A DNA stretch of 64,000 nt, taken from NCBI GenBank assembly GCA_005223125.1, contig NJBH01000017.1, positions 1 through 64,000 of the forward strand, read 5' to 3'. Of the stretch, positions 40,666 through 51,478 are shown one piece after another. Origin of the DNA: Promethearchaeota archaeon Loki_b32. Its GTDB lineage: Archaea > Asgardarchaeota > Lokiarchaeia > Sigyniarchaeales > SOKP01. The notes beneath the pieces were generated by a model. It searched no databases. It saw only the letters and a list, made by a program, of their open reading frames with translations, and was not told the origin of the DNA. Within the stretch, counting starts at the first letter, position 1; the number at the start of each line of letters is the position of its first letter. Position numbers and translations under genes: made by a program.

Positions 40666-41607
40666 ATGCTTATAATGGTTAGCAAGATAAAAAGTATCTT
40701 CCATCTTTTAAGGATTCGGCAATATTATAAAAATGTACTGGTTTTTGTTGGATTTTTTTTTAGTAAACAATTGTTTGAAATAAAGCTTTATTTTCCTTTA
40801 ATACTCGGATTTGTACTATTATGTTGTGCCTCATCACTTAATTATATAATTAATGATATCAGAGATATTAAAAAAGATAGATCACATCCAGAAAAGATGA
40901 AAAAAAAACCCCTTGCTTCTGGTGAGATCTCTGTTTATTTTGCTCTAATTATAATACTCTTACTATCTGCTATAATTATTTTCTTTTTGATTTTTGTAAT
41001 CCCAAATTTGGGTTTTATCACGATGATTGTCTTTTTAATCATTTCAGGTCAACTTTATAATCATCTTTTTAAAAGGTATGCTTTTATTGACATAATTATT
41101 TTATCTACTGGATACTTATGGAGAGCATTAGCCGGTTGTATGATAATTGAGGAATTTGTTTCTGCTTGGTTATTTTTAGCCATATTTGAAGTAGCTATGT
41201 TTTTAAGTATAGCCAAACGAAAAAGTGATTTAGAGTTTCTCGGAAAGGATAAAGCTATTGAACATAAAAAAATATATGATCAATATTCTGGTAGATTATT
41301 AGATCAATTTCATATTTTAATAGCAGGTTCATTGTTTATGACTTATTCACTTTATCTAATTCTAATTTTTAATTTAGATGAACCTGGAATTGCCACAGTT
41401 TATGAATATATCTCAATTTTTACAATACCAATTTCACTTTATATAATCATGAGATATATGTATTTAACGTCAGCTAAACCTAAAATTGCTCGTAACCCTG
41501 AAAAAGCTTTTTTCGACAAAGGAATCATAATAGCTGGATTTACACTATTTATAATTCTATTTTTTTCTTTTTACTTTGATAAAATTGTCGAAATGTTAAA
41601 TTTATAA
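40666..41607 (+). CDS. UbiA family prenyltransferase (decaprenyl-phosphate phosphoribosyltransferase-like)
   Basis: LLRIRQYYKN, YIINDIRDIKKDRSHPEK, PLASG, KRKSDL. Confidence 0.85.
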   Translation: MLIMVSKIKSIFHLLRIRQYYKNVLVFVGFFFSKQLFEIKLYFPLILGFVLLCCASSLNYIINDIRDIKKDRSHPEKMKKKPLASGEISVYFALIIILLLSAIIIFFLIFVIPNLGFITMIVFLIISGQLYNHLFKRYAFIDIIILSTGYLWRALAGCMIIEEFVSAWLFLAIFEVAMFLSIAKRKSDLEFLGKDKAIEHKKIYDQYSGRLLDQFHILIAGSLFMTYSLYLILIFNLDEPGIATVYEYISIFTIPISLYIIMRYMYLTSAKPKIARNPEKAFFDKGIIIAGFTLFIILFFSFYFDKIVEMLNL

Positions 41608-41923
41608 CAAATTCCTTCCTTTTCTTCCCATCATTTCACTTTTATTAATTTTTAATTAAAATTTTAATAAAGACTACAAGTTAGAATTTCTACTAAAATG
41701 ATGGATTTAATTCGATATTAGGTTTTATTTAGGCAAAACATTAAAAAATAGAAAATTTTGAAATTTTCACGTTTGAAAAGCAACTTATCAATCTAATGTG
41801 ATTTCAAAAAACAATAGAAAAAAAAAGATAAAACTTATAAGTTTACAAAATCAAAAACATATTTAACAACACATCTAATAAAAATTAAAAAAAAAAACAC
41901 ATAAAATATTAAGTGATTTTAAT

Positions 41924-43747
41924 ATGGAAATGGAAAAGAAAAATTTAGCCATAATTGTTTTAGCTATTGCTCTTGCTGCTTCAGGAGTTGGTAATATTAT
42001 CCTTGGAATAATGACTGGTGCGATTCAAGTAGAAGCTGAGAAAAAATTAACATTAGTTTATGGATGGGCATCAAACCCAGCGGCTCTTGATCCTGTTGAT
42101 ACGTGGGACGTACCTTCCCATATTATGCAACATCAAAGTACACAATCTCTTGTTGAATACAACCTATCAACTCATCCTGATTATGAAATAATGAATGTGC
42201 TTTGTACAGACTATGTTTGGGAAAGTGATACTAGAATCAGCTTCGCAATAAGAACTGGTGTACTATTCCATGATGGAACATTAATGACTGCCGAAGATGT
42301 TAAATGGAATTTTGAAAGAGTTAATTATTTCGCTAACGTGACAGGGACTCTTCCAGCTAGTGACACATCTTGGACAGGATTTTGTGCCTCATTATTCTAC
42401 CATACTGATGGAACTCCTATCTTTGCCAGTTTTGAAGCAAATGATGCTGTAGATGCCTACAATTTCACAATAGTTTTAAGTAAACCTTTCGGAGCTTTAT
42501 TAGATTTACTCTGTTTTGGTGCAACTAATATTTTGTCACCTGAGTCTACTCCTAGATATACGTATTTATCTTTAGCTGAAGATGATATAGTTGGTACTGG
42601 TGCTTATGATTATCAACACTTTTGGAGAGATCTGGAAGCAAGATTTGATAGGTTTGATGACTACTGGGGTCCTGCACCTTATTTTGAAGAGGTAGTAATG
42701 AGAATCATTGAAGATGATACAGGTAGAATGAATGCGGGTTTAACTAAAATATTTGATTATGTTGGAGGGGTCACAAAAATATATATCGATAGATATAAAG
42801 CTGAAGCAGACTTTCATGTAGAAGATGTTGGTGAAGATCTCTGTTACTTCTATTTAGAAATTTACTGTGGTCCAAGAGATATTCTTGGTAATATGACAAT
42901 TCCGGGCAATTATCAATACCAGAAAAATCCTGCATACTTAAGACGAGCTCTAGCATTAGCGATTAACTATACATATATTTATGAAGAAATTCTAGCTGGA
43001 TATGCTGTTGAAGGAACTACAGCAGTTCCTCGACAAATGCCTGGACATAATGCATCAGTTGTACAAGCCAGTGACTCTAGCTTCACATGGGTAGCCAATG
43101 TCGTAAAAGCAAGAGAAATTCTGATAGCTAACGCCGCTGATATAGAAGATCGTGGTGGCATGCCTGCAGTTGACATTGAGGCACTTGATCCCAATAATGA
43201 TGCTCAATGGATTGATTTAACAAATATCCTTGGAAGAAAACTTGAAATAAACAGACATTTTGGAAGTACCACCAACAAACGAGTAAATCAATTAATGACT
43301 GACAACTTTGATCTGCTTGGAATTGAAATGGATGAATCTATAAGAGAGTGGGGTGTCTATTTAGACGTAGGTGAAAACACACCTTGGATAATGGATATTG
43401 GATATATAGGATGGTGCCCAGATTATTTAAATCCATTCAATATGATTGATCCATTATTCAATTTAGCTTCTGGCTCATGCTTTTCACGGATTAACGATAC
43501 TAGTCCTGGTGGATTAACTGACTTGATGAATACGGCCGCAGCTGAAGGTGATTATAACATACAACTTGGATATTATATGGATATCCAATCATTAATTTAT
43601 GACATAAACCGCCCAATAAATCCAGCAAGCCACTGTCATATCTCAGGTTGGGTGTACTTAGTACAACAAACCCATTTAAAAACCTTAAAGGGAGTCCAAT
43701 ACAACGTTATGACAATGGTTGAATTTGCTCACTGGTACAGGGAATAA
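41924..43747 (+). CDS. dppA: peptide/nickel ABC transporter substrate-binding protein (family 5)
   Basis: LDPVD, FHDGT...AEDVKWNFER, GTGAY, LRRALALAIN, GWCPDY; N-terminal anchor. Confidence 0.9.
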   Translation: MEMEKKNLAIIVLAIALAASGVGNIILGIMTGAIQVEAEKKLTLVYGWASNPAALDPVDTWDVPSHIMQHQSTQSLVEYNLSTHPDYEIMNVLCTDYVWESDTRISFAIRTGVLFHDGTLMTAEDVKWNFERVNYFANVTGTLPASDTSWTGFCASLFYHTDGTPIFASFEANDAVDAYNFTIVLSKPFGALLDLLCFGATNILSPESTPRYTYLSLAEDDIVGTGAYDYQHFWRDLEARFDRFDDYWGPAPYFEEVVMRIIEDDTGRMNAGLTKIFDYVGGVTKIYIDRYKAEADFHVEDVGEDLCYFYLEIYCGPRDILGNMTIPGNYQYQKNPAYLRRALALAINYTYIYEEILAGYAVEGTTAVPRQMPGHNASVVQASDSSFTWVANVVKAREILIANAADIEDRGGMPAVDIEALDPNNDAQWIDLTNILGRKLEINRHFGSTTNKRVNQLMTDNFDLLGIEMDESIREWGVYLDVGENTPWIMDIGYIGWCPDYLNPFNMIDPLFNLASGSCFSRINDTSPGGLTDLMNTAAAEGDYNIQLGYYMDIQSLIYDINRPINPASHCHISGWVYLVQQTHLKTLKGVQYNVMTMVEFAHWYRE

Positions 43748-43825
43748 AACTAAATGGCTATAAAAGCAAATATATTTAAATGTTATTATAAAAATTTAAT
43801 TAACATTTTTTTTTTTTACTTTATT

Positions 43826-45299
43826 CAGTATCTAAGTATTTATTTTTTTTCTTTTTATTTTTTATGGTCGGTACACCGACATTATTTGGAATTTATCCGA
43901 TCACCCCCTGTGATTTTTTCTCCAATGAAAAGGCTAATTGTGTTAACAAATCATTGTTTCGATTTAAGGTCCAACCTTTAGTGCTCGATGGTTTTTTTCC
44001 TAAGTTTTTAAGCAATTTTTTGTTAATTTTCCACGAGTTGTAAAGGAGCATCCTAACCAACATGTCTAAATATCTCACATTATCGTGGTTTGATTTCCAT
44101 CGACGATTTATTCGATTTAAGTCGGAAAATCCCGTCTCAATATTCCATCGTTTACGATAAAATCGAGAAGTGCGGGATGCCCAAGAGCTTTGTTTTCCTT
44201 TAGGCTTCCGCGTGGTCATAATAACGAAGATTTTTTTCCGAGCATCTTCAATGGTAAGTTCGCCTTTCCTGACGGCCCTTTTGAGTCCCAATAAAGAATA
44301 TCCTCTTTTTGCGTTAAATATTAGGTAGACCTCCTGTACACATTTATGTCTCCCCCCCGGAGTAGTAGAGAATTTATAAGCGCGGGTTCTACCACTTCTA
44401 CCGCTTAAATATTCTTCGACCATCTTTTTTATTTTTTTGTACATCTTAGCAGGGATTAAACTATCACCTCCCATCGATTTTACCTCATCTATAAGCTCGG
44501 CACGATAAAATTCGCGATCCATCATGACGAAGTCAAACTCAAAACCAATATCAAACAAATGAAACAAGAAATCATTGATGAGGGGTATTTTAGACTGCCC
44601 TTTTGCTACATGCTCTAATCCTGCAAAGAGTTGGGTGTTTCGAGAAAAAATCGAAAATCCAAGATAATGACGCATTTTCTTCGTGCCCTTCTGCCGATTT
44701 GTACCTTTTATCATATTATCTTCCCTTTTCCCGTAATATGGATGCTCTGTAAAGTCAATTAAAACACTTACTTTCTGGGAGATGATTTTCTTATCAATAG
44801 CTTCTTTTAATTGAAAGTCCAGGCACTTACGTAAGATTGTGCGTGCTTTAGTCAGTCCAATTCTGCGTAGATATTTGTTTACTTCGGTTTGATGCGGTAT
44901 CATGCGTTTTCTCCTGCCATCCGCAAAAATTCTTCGCCTTCCTCTTTTACGGCTTAATTGATACTCGTTGAGCATTTCACTGGTGTCACGAATTGATCTA
45001 CCAATAATTTCTGAGAAAAAGAACACCTTAAGAAAGTCTAAATCCTCATATCTCAAGTTTCTAGCCTTTTTGGTTCGCCACATGCGAGATATAATTTCAT
45101 CACAAAACTTTTTAAAAAATGCGAGAATACTATCATTAGAGAGAAGTGATTTAATTCCTAATCCACGAAGTGGAGGCGGAAATATTTCTTGTAGTAGCAT
45201 ACATAAATATTATCGCTTCTTTCTAATAAACTTTGTGGTTTATAACCGAAATTATTAAATATAATAATAGAATATTTAATAATAAAAAATTGGATACAG
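43826..45299 (-). mobile_element. ISH3-like (IS4 superfamily) insertion sequence
   Basis: Imperfect terminal inverted repeats CAGTATCTAAGTATTTATT (43826) and AATAAAAAATTGGATACAG (ending 45299) enclose an intact transposase; visibly higher GC. No clear target duplication. Confidence 0.75.
43893..45200 (-). CDS. DDE transposase, ISH3-like
   Basis: LIDFTEHPYYG, MMDREFY, YRKRWNIETGF. Confidence 0.9.
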   Translation of the reverse strand: MLLQEIFPPPLRGLGIKSLLSNDSILAFFKKFCDEIISRMWRTKKARNLRYEDLDFLKVFFFSEIIGRSIRDTSEMLNEYQLSRKRGRRRIFADGRRKRMIPHQTEVNKYLRRIGLTKARTILRKCLDFQLKEAIDKKIISQKVSVLIDFTEHPYYGKREDNMIKGTNRQKGTKKMRHYLGFSIFSRNTQLFAGLEHVAKGQSKIPLINDFLFHLFDIGFEFDFVMMDREFYRAELIDEVKSMGGDSLIPAKMYKKIKKMVEEYLSGRSGRTRAYKFSTTPGGRHKCVQEVYLIFNAKRGYSLLGLKRAVRKGELTIEDARKKIFVIMTTRKPKGKQSSWASRTSRFYRKRWNIETGFSDLNRINRRWKSNHDNVRYLDMLVRMLLYNSWKINKKLLKNLGKKPSSTKGWTLNRNNDLLTQLAFSLEKKSQGVIG

Positions 45300-45366
45300 A
45301 ATTGAATGGGACAAACTGTAGTTCAAAAGATTTTAGAGTTTAAAATCCTTTGCTACTGTTTATTGT

Positions 45367-45411
45367 TATTTGTAATATTATTTTGTCAGTATTTGTAATA
45401 TTATTTTGTCA
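45367..45411 (+). repeat. 22-bp direct repeat x2 (TATTTGTAATATTATTTTGTCA)
   Basis: Exact copies at 45367-45388 and 45390-45411; a degenerate third copy near 45438-45457. Confidence 0.85.
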
Positions 45412-45485
45412 CTCTTCGACTAATTTTATTTGTTGTATATTGTACATATTATTTTGATTAAAATAAAAAAAAAGAGATTTTAGCA

Positions 45486-46818
45486 TCAAATCTTAAAGGT
45501 TAATGTCTTTAAAAGCACGCCGTTCAGGTAGACTAAAAGGTTCTTGCCTTCGTTTATTTCTTGAACCTCCACGGTCTTACCTGCCAACTTATAATCGATG
45601 GAATAAGGTTTTCCCTGATATATGATATTATCATTACTGGTGATTTTCTGCATTTTTTGCTTCAATAATATCGGTACATTGTAAGGATGGGTGATAAGCA
45701 AACCTTCCCTATAGTATATTTCTATTTTATCCTCATATTCAATTACTTCAACTTTTGTCCCTGAATAGCCAGGAGGTACATGAAATTTCTGCGATTTATA
45801 ATGGATTTCATTATACTTATTGACTTTTCTAAATTCAATTTCATGAAGCCAACGGTCCCAATTCACTTTTGCTTTCAGAGGGCGAAAGATGCGTCCCTCC
45901 GTTTCAAGAAATCGTTTCACAGGGGAGCTATTTCCTGGTAAGCTATGGTAAGGTTTTTCAGCATTGTATCAATTCACCCAGTTTTTAAACATCTGATTGA
46001 AATTGGTCAACGTGGAGTTAGGATTGCTTTTCACTTTTAATCGAGCTTCTCCGAGAAACATTTGTTTTACCGTTCCAAACCAGCATTCGAGTTTATGTTT
46101 AGTTTCTGGATGCCTAGGTTTAGAAAAAATGGGTTTTATATCCAAGTTCTCTGAAAGTTTGGTATATTTCGTTCCTAATTCTCCAACAAGGTTCTTGAAT
46201 TGTGTACCATTATCAGCTAAGATTTGATTCAGCCTTCCACATGCCATGACTCCATCACGTATGATTTTAATGATGTTTGTGCCTTTCTGGTTTTTGAAGT
46301 ATTCTGCAGCCACGATAAATCTTGAAAAATCATCGAGTAAGGCAATTAAATAGATTTTTTCCAAGTGTCCAGCAGTTTGAACTCCTGCGATATCAATCTG
46401 CCATAAATCATTTGGTTGTTTCCTCTCAAATTTAACATAGCCTCGTTTTGGATCTTTATTCTTATAAGTAAGGCCTTTGTCTCTGATGTACTTGCGTATA
46501 TAGATAGGGAGGGCATGTTGTTAGAAAACTCTTTTTGGAGTAATTTCCATATTACCGGAACACTTATCCCGGATAATTCTTTTTTGAGGCTAAGTATTCG
46601 ATTAAAAATTTCGGAGGATATTTTCGAGCCCGCTTGTACTTCTTTTTAATTTTCTGTTGATCGGGTGATTTCTCTTGATAATTATTGTTTAGCCATCTAT
46701 ATATTGTTCTTTTGGCGATACCATAACGAGATGCAAGTTCTTCAATCGTAAGACCCTTATTATGATATAATTCGCGTGTTTCTTCTTTTATGATAGATTC
46801 TGGATAGATCTAATACAT
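45486..46818 (-). pseudogene. IS481-like (rve integrase core) transposase remnant
   Basis: HTH (IEELASRYGIAKRTIYRWL), PNDLWQID, LDDFSRF, ADNGTQF, KLECWF, C-terminal beta repeats; early TAG, frameshifts around 46500-46620, TGA at 45969. Confidence 0.88.
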
Positions 46819-47538
46819 TCAAAAGCACTCTTATAGGCAAAATACGATTTAGGTCATACAATAACCTATAAATTCCTTCATCGTTTGTTACAACTCACTT
46901 CAAAGATGTTACTTTTAGTACTGATGACAATACATCAGCTGTCAAAAATGACCTGATAAAAAGCTTTGAAAAAATGAAGAATTTTGTGACATTTTTTAAT
47001 TACTGATCACAACTTTATTATACCGATTTAATTAACTATTATTTATTTCCCCTTTTGTAATATTATAAAATTTAAAAATGATATTTTGAATTATAATAGT
47101 TCTAAATAATAAGTTTTTTGATCACTTAAACAGCTAAAAATTTATTAGATATCTTCTAAAATTCCTAAAATCTAATAATATTTATTGATATAAATCAATA
47201 TTTCTTTTAGAATTTAAAATAGAAAGATAGGGTGATTCCAGCTAAGTAAGGGCAGATTAAGAGCCATATCACCCCTAAAATTATGAATTATTGGGACAAT
47301 TTGAAAGTTATAGTTTTAAATAAAATTAACTAAAGTCCCAAAAACCTAGTGTCTATTAAAATTTTTTGCCACCATTTAGATATGAAGTATTAAAATATAA
47401 GGCTGTACTTGTCAAGATACCTTAATGATTTCTCAAATTGACCCAATATTTAATAAAGGATCAAATATAAATTATTTATAATTTTCAATTTACATAATAA
47501 TGTATAAAGTAACTTACAAATTAGCTTGAGAATAAACG

Positions 47539-48036
47539 ATGAAATTTTCGAAAATTCAACTCGGTCGGCAAGGAAATTTTATTTTAGGAATATTATTGCT
47601 TTATTTTGTATTATTTGGATATATATGTAATGAATATCCAAGATATTACGATGTATCACTAAAAACAACACTTCAATCACCGGTTGGGCAAAGTTTAATC
47701 TTTTTATATCAAGTATTATTTAACCCTAGTACATTCTTGTCATTTATAATTCTTTTTGCTATTATGTTTGTTGTGGCACTTAGAGAATCATTTTACGAGT
47801 ACGCAATTAGAAATAGTATTTGGTATATTCCAGTAATAATAATAATATCATGGATTTGGTACTGGATACTCTATGGCTTTGACGCTTCTGTGTTCTATAT
47901 CTATTTTATCAGAGTTGAAGGTTATATTACAATAGCGACTTTATTATGTACTAATCTATTAGCCGCAATATTAGCTTCTGTAACAAATGAGAAGCGAAAA
48001 TTGAAGCGAGAGAAAGAAATGGAATTAAAAATTTAA
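47539..48036 (+). CDS. hypothetical 4-TM membrane protein
   Basis: Four hydrophobic segments; 12 nt upstream of dppB. Confidence 0.7.
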   Translation: MKFSKIQLGRQGNFILGILLLYFVLFGYICNEYPRYYDVSLKTTLQSPVGQSLIFLYQVLFNPSTFLSFIILFAIMFVVALRESFYEYAIRNSIWYIPVIIIISWIWYWILYGFDASVFYIYFIRVEGYITIATLLCTNLLAAILASVTNEKRKLKREKEMELKI

Positions 48037-48048
48037 TGAGGTATAAAT

Positions 48049-49080
48049 ATGAGTTTAATAAAATTTATAATTAGAAGAATTATAGTAATGATTCCTGTAT
48101 TATTCGGAGTATTAACCATAACATTCATACTTTCTCGAATGATGCCTGGTGACCCTATTACAGCTCGATTGGCGGCTGCTGGTCTACATAACCCATCAGT
48201 AGATCAACTCAACCAGTTGAAACGCCAGCTTGGACTCTTGGATCCTATAATAGTACAATATTTTCGATATTTGGGTGATCTATTTACGGGGAATTGGGGT
48301 GTATCTGTATCAATTGTAAGAAATCAACCTGTTTGGGATCTTGTTATGACAAGATTTCCTATTACAATAGATCTTACAGTATTTTCTATAATAATCGCTT
48401 CCTATCTAGGAACTAAAGCAGGAGTTGTCTCAGCAGTCCATAGGAATAAAACACCTGATACTATTGTTAGAGGTCTTGCCTTAATAGGTGTAGCACTTCC
48501 CGTATTTTTTCTAGGAATGATACTTCAATATACACTAGGTTATCAATTAGGATGGTTTGAACCAGTTGGTTTTTTAAGTGCTGAATATGAAATGCCTGAA
48601 AGGATTACTGGTTTTATCATATTTGATTCACTTATATCAGGAGAATGGTATTTAATTGGAGATTATATTTGGCATATGTTTCTCCCTGTATTTTGTTTAT
48701 CATTTTTAATGTTGGCATCGATAACAAGACAAACACGTTCCAGCATGCTGGAAGTAATGGAACAAGATTTTGTAAGAACAGCTAGAGCAAAAGGTTGCAA
48801 GGAAAAAACAGTTATACATTCACACACGTTAAGAAATGCCTTAATTCCTACTGTAACTGTTATTGGTCTGAGTATTGCTGGTTTATTAGGCGGCGCTGTA
48901 CTAACTGAAACCACCTTTGCTATAAATGGAATGGGAAGTTTATTTATTGATGCTATTTTGCAAACTGATTATTGGGTTATAGACGCCCTAGTATTTTTGA
49001 TAACAATTATTTTTATAACTGCAAATTTAATAACAGACGTTATCTATGCAATGCTGGACCCAAGAATAAGATATACATAA
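48049..49080 (+). CDS. dppB: peptide ABC transporter permease
   Basis: MPGDP, TRSSMLEVMEQDFVRTARAKG (EAA loop), LDPRI. Confidence 0.93.
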   Translation: MSLIKFIIRRIIVMIPVLFGVLTITFILSRMMPGDPITARLAAAGLHNPSVDQLNQLKRQLGLLDPIIVQYFRYLGDLFTGNWGVSVSIVRNQPVWDLVMTRFPITIDLTVFSIIIASYLGTKAGVVSAVHRNKTPDTIVRGLALIGVALPVFFLGMILQYTLGYQLGWFEPVGFLSAEYEMPERITGFIIFDSLISGEWYLIGDYIWHMFLPVFCLSFLMLASITRQTRSSMLEVMEQDFVRTARAKGCKEKTVIHSHTLRNALIPTVTVIGLSIAGLLGGAVLTETTFAINGMGSLFIDAILQTDYWVIDALVFLITIIFITANLITDVIYAMLDPRIRYT

Positions 49081-49104
49081 AAATAAAAAAGAAGTGAAAA
49101 AAAA

Positions 49105-50112
49105 ATGGAAAAACCTTATTTAGTAGTAGAAGAGGAATTAGAAGAAGCGGAAGAGAAAGAAAAGATTACAAAAAACATCATATCTTGGATTTTTAAGAAT
49201 ATTAAATTTCTCATCCTTCCAGGTTCTCGAATAGAAGAATTATCAGCTCGCCAATTTGAATACGAAAAAACTATCAGTAAAAGAAGTCTGATACGAAGAT
49301 TAAAAAATCCATTGACTATTTTAGGTTTTATTGTAATATTTTTGATTATAACTTTAGCCGTATACGCTCCATGGCTCTCTCCTGAAAGTTATAGAGATGC
49401 AATGCTCGTTCATGCTGGTTCATGGAATCCTCCATCTCCAGAATTTCCTTTAGGAAAAACGGCTATGGGGGGTGATGTATTATCACGATTAATATGGGGT
49501 GCTAGGACTTCTATAACAATCTCTTTACCATCGATTACACTTAGTGTAACTGGTGGTGTTTTATTTGGTGTTGTTGCGGCATACTATGGAGGATGGGTTG
49601 ATTCTTTAATAATGAGAATCTGTGATATCATGCTTGCCTTTCCTTCATTAATACTCTCTTTAGTCCTTATTTTTATTTATGGAGGATCTATTGAAATCAT
49701 TTTGCTGGTCTGGGGATTTTTAGGAATTCCTATTTATGCAAGACTGATTAGAGGTAATGTTTTACAAGCGCGTCAACTCCCCTATATAGAGGCGGCAAGA
49801 GTTGCTGGTGCAGGAAACTTGAGAATAATGTTTCGCCACATACTACCAAATGTAATACAGCCAATTATTGTGTTTTTTACTTTTGATATTGGTGCTTATA
49901 TCTTAGGATTAGCAGGGCTTTCATTTTTGGGTGTGAATCAATCTATAATGATTGAATGGGGAAATGATATTAATGTGGCAAGGGAGAATCCCTTTGATGC
50001 ACCATGGGCAGGATTGTGGCCTGGATTTATGATCTTCCTAACTGTATTAGGATTTATGTTAGTTGGTGATGGTATAAGAGATGCTTTAGATCCAAGATTG
50101 AAAAACTTATAA
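49105..50112 (+). CDS. dppC: peptide ABC transporter permease
   Basis: PLGKTAMGGDVLSRLIWGARTS, YIEAARVAGA, GDGIRDALDP. Confidence 0.93.
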   Translation: MEKPYLVVEEELEEAEEKEKITKNIISWIFKNIKFLILPGSRIEELSARQFEYEKTISKRSLIRRLKNPLTILGFIVIFLIITLAVYAPWLSPESYRDAMLVHAGSWNPPSPEFPLGKTAMGGDVLSRLIWGARTSITISLPSITLSVTGGVLFGVVAAYYGGWVDSLIMRICDIMLAFPSLILSLVLIFIYGGSIEIILLVWGFLGIPIYARLIRGNVLQARQLPYIEAARVAGAGNLRIMFRHILPNVIQPIIVFFTFDIGAYILGLAGLSFLGVNQSIMIEWGNDINVARENPFDAPWAGLWPGFMIFLTVLGFMLVGDGIRDALDPRLKNL

Positions 50113-50169
50113 TTAAATCTTGCATTTTTTTTATTAATTTAAACTTAAAATATAGGAAAAAATGGAATA

Positions 50170-51438
50170 ATGGAAATAGCAGAAAATGAGAAAAAACCGG
50201 TAGTTCTTGCTGAAACTGAATCAAAACCTCCTAAAAAATTACTCGAAGTTAAGAATTTAAAAACATATTTTTATACTGAAGAGGGTATAGTTAAAGCTGT
50301 TGATGGTGTATCTTTTGACATTTATGAAGATGAAGTTCTCGGTCTTGTTGGTGAAACAGGATGTGGTAAATCTGTTACAGCACTTTCAATTTTACGACTT
50401 GTAAGAGCACCAGGCAAGATTATTGATGGAGAAATTACCTTTAAAGGAAGGCAACTTTTAGAATTAAATGAAACTGAGATGCGAGAGCGTCGTGGCAAAG
50501 ATATTACAATGATCTTTCAAGATCCTTTAAATTCTCTCAATCCTGTCTTTAATGTTGGTAAACAAGTATCAGAAGTCTTTATGTTACATCAAAAAACAGA
50601 GCTTAAACAAGAACTTGATAATCGTTTACTAGAAAGAAAAAAAAAGATAGAAGAAAGAAAAAATTTAGAAAAATCATTAAAGGATGAAGAAACTAGCAGC
50701 AGATTATCAGAAGAAGAAAAGAGTAACATTAAAGCAAAAATTAAAGAACTTAAAAAAGAGGTATCTCATATCACAAGATTAAATGATATAACACTTGAGT
50801 GGACTGAAAAAATAATAACTGAAGTTGGGATTCCAGATGCAAAAGGAATACTAAAACGATATCCTTATGAATTAAGTGGTGGTATGAGACAACGTGTAAT
50901 GATTGCTATGGGACTTTCATGTAATCCAGCACTTCTGATTGCTGATGAACCAACTACCGCCTTAGATGTAACTATCCAAGCTCAAATTCTTGATTTAATG
51001 AAAGATCTGAAAAATAGATTTAAAACTTCAATTTTTATTATAACCCACGACTTGGGAATTATAGCTGAATTGTGTGACAGAGTGGCTGTAATGTATAGTG
51101 GCAATATCGTTGAATATGCAACAGCAGAACGTTTATTCAAAAATCCACGTCACCCATATACAAAAGGATTGATTGGAGCGATTCCAAGTATAGAAAAAAA
51201 GGATCAAAAATTACAAACTATTCGAGGAATGGTCCCAAATCTCATTTATCCCCCATCTGGTTGTAGATTCCATCCCAGATGTGATAATAGACTTGAAATT
51301 TGTGATAAAGTCAAGCCACCATTAAATGAAATCGCTGAACGATATTTTGTGGCATGCCATCTTTTTGATACAAAATATAAAGATTCACCTAAATTTGATT
51401 GGATCGAAAAAGAAGGAGAAATTACTTCTAAGGTATAG
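50170..51438 (+). CDS. dppD: peptide ABC transporter ATPase with a coiled-coil insertion
   Basis: [34 protein letters not shown]. Confidence 0.93.
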   Translation: MEIAENEKKPVVLAETESKPPKKLLEVKNLKTYFYTEEGIVKAVDGVSFDIYEDEVLGLVGETGCGKSVTALSILRLVRAPGKIIDGEITFKGRQLLELNETEMRERRGKDITMIFQDPLNSLNPVFNVGKQVSEVFMLHQKTELKQELDNRLLERKKKIEERKNLEKSLKDEETSSRLSEEEKSNIKAKIKELKKEVSHITRLNDITLEWTEKIITEVGIPDAKGILKRYPYELSGGMRQRVMIAMGLSCNPALLIADEPTTALDVTIQAQILDLMKDLKNRFKTSIFIITHDLGIIAELCDRVAVMYSGNIVEYATAERLFKNPRHPYTKGLIGAIPSIEKKDQKLQTIRGMVPNLIYPPSGCRFHPRCDNRLEICDKVKPPLNEIAERYFVACHLFDTKYKDSPKFDWIEKEGEITSKV

Positions 51439-51478
51439 AATTTAATTAAATTAAAATATTTAAAATAAAGTGTAAAAA

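Noticed and set aside
43754-43981. 75-aa ORF after dppA
   Set aside because: It runs through T-tracts and the IS end and overlaps the transposase antisense; probably spurious.
45367-45457. 22-bp repeats as a CRISPR array
   Set aside because: The copies are separated by 1 nt, there are no spacers and no cas genes.
45969-45971. In-frame TGA in the IS481-like transposase as possible Sec or Trp recoding
   Set aside because: The context WVN*YN implies a TGG-to-TGA mutation, and the same gene has other stops and frameshifts, so it is simple decay.
46921-46957. TGATGA...CTGA as a C/D box sRNA
   Set aside because: The spacing leaves no second guide region, and it lies within the IS remnant end.
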